NCBI GenBank assembly: GCA_951406725.2
Contig: OX597820.1
Span: 45,632,001 to 45,696,000 of the forward strand
Direction: 5' to 3'
Length of the DNA stretch: 64,000 bases
Source: Octopus vulgaris
Taxonomy: Eukaryota
The stretch's first letter is position 1, and the number at the start of each line of letters is the position of its first letter. The notes under the pieces were generated by a model. The model searched no databases and was not told the DNA's origin. It was given only the letters and a program-made list of their open reading frames with translations. Both the position numbers and the translations under genes were made by a program. Positions 62,988-64,000 of the stretch are shown one piece after another.

Positions 62988-63569
62988 TCTTCCCTTCTCC
63001 GTTCTCCACCCCTACCATCGCCTTCGTCACCCCACCATTACATTGCTTCTTCCTCCTCTACTTCACCCCCTCATCCTGTCTTCGTCACCACCGACACCAC
63101 TAATATTGCTACCTCTTTCCCCTTCTCTACTTTCCTCCGTCGTCACCATCATTTCTCTCCTTATAGCCTCTACCACTACTATCACCACCACCACCATGAC
63201 AACTACTCGCATTGTGTCGTTATGCTTCAATCTCTTCCTCCTTCACTGCTTCTTTCATATACATTCTCTGTCTCTTTCTCTTCATAGACATTCGCATTCT
63301 CTTTCCTTCTCTCTACCATTACTTCACCCTCTTTGTCCCTTTCTCCTCGCACGCATTTTATTCTCTTTCTTTTTCACATACATTCTTAGTCTCTTTCCCT
63401 CTCTTTCTCATTATCTCACCTCTTTCACTTTCTCTTCACACGCTTTCATTCTCTTTTCTTTCTATTTAACATTCTCTCTCCCTTTTCTCTATATTTTCCT
63501 CTTCGTCGTATTTGCAGTTATTGAAAGTGAGGGACAAGACTAGAAATGCTTGAGAGGGTGTTATACTAA

Positions 63570-63950
63570 TAATGGTAGCGGTGGTAGTGCACTGCTGTCT
63601 GTGTTACTAGCAGTATTCAGGTGTTAGTGCATTGTAGTTGATGGTGGTAACAGTGCTGTGTTGCAGTTAGTGTTGTAGTTGGTGTTGGTAGCGGTGTTAG
63701 CGATAGTGGTGATGACAATGTTACGTTACCAGTGGTGCTAGTACTGCGAATACTGCTGGTGATGATGGTGGTATGTTGTGTTACAGTTGGTGTTGGTGGT
63801 GGTACAACCGCTGTACTTTGGTGTTTCTTGTTACTGTGGTAGTGGTTTTAGATTACTTATTGGTGTTGTGGTAGTGGAGATTGTGATGGTATTATTAAAG
63901 TGACGCTGATAGTGCGCTATGCTGTTGCTTGTGGTAGTGTGTACGTGAGG
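63570..63950. repeat. Degenerate (GGT/GTT/AGT)n low-complexity tract
   Basis: Direct inspection. Confidence 0.8.
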
Positions 63951-64000
63951 GAGAGAGGTTATGTTGGTGGCGCTTCTATTGTGTCAGTCGCGGTGCTATG

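Overview
AT-rich, microsatellite-dense eukaryotic DNA. The repeat families (tRNA/CORE-type and Meta-type SINEs, RTE LINEs with (GAT)n tails) suggest an octopus/cephalopod genome, which is an inference. I found no convincing host protein-coding exon, rRNA, tRNA gene or CRISPR array. Most listed ORFs come from microsatellites or transposon remnants. The window is largely a mosaic of mobile elements: two mariner relics, two CR1-clade LINE pieces, RTE LINE 3' ends and older RTE relics, two inverted non-autonomous Helitrons, piggyBac-type and hAT-type MITEs, and many SINEs, often nested. CpG content and strand skew suggest a long intron of a minus-strand gene starting near 62.4 kb. The most notable signal is a set of self-cleaving ribozyme relics. 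These are a 324-bp tandem duplication with a type I hammerhead in each unit (1.3-1.9 kb), further Penelope-type hammerheads (46.6 and 53.1 kb), and an abundant ~180-bp repeat whose 5' end reconstructs to an HDV-like ribozyme, including a four-copy head-to-tail array at 56 kb. All calls were made by eye; repeat boundaries are approximate unless TIRs or TSDs are quoted.
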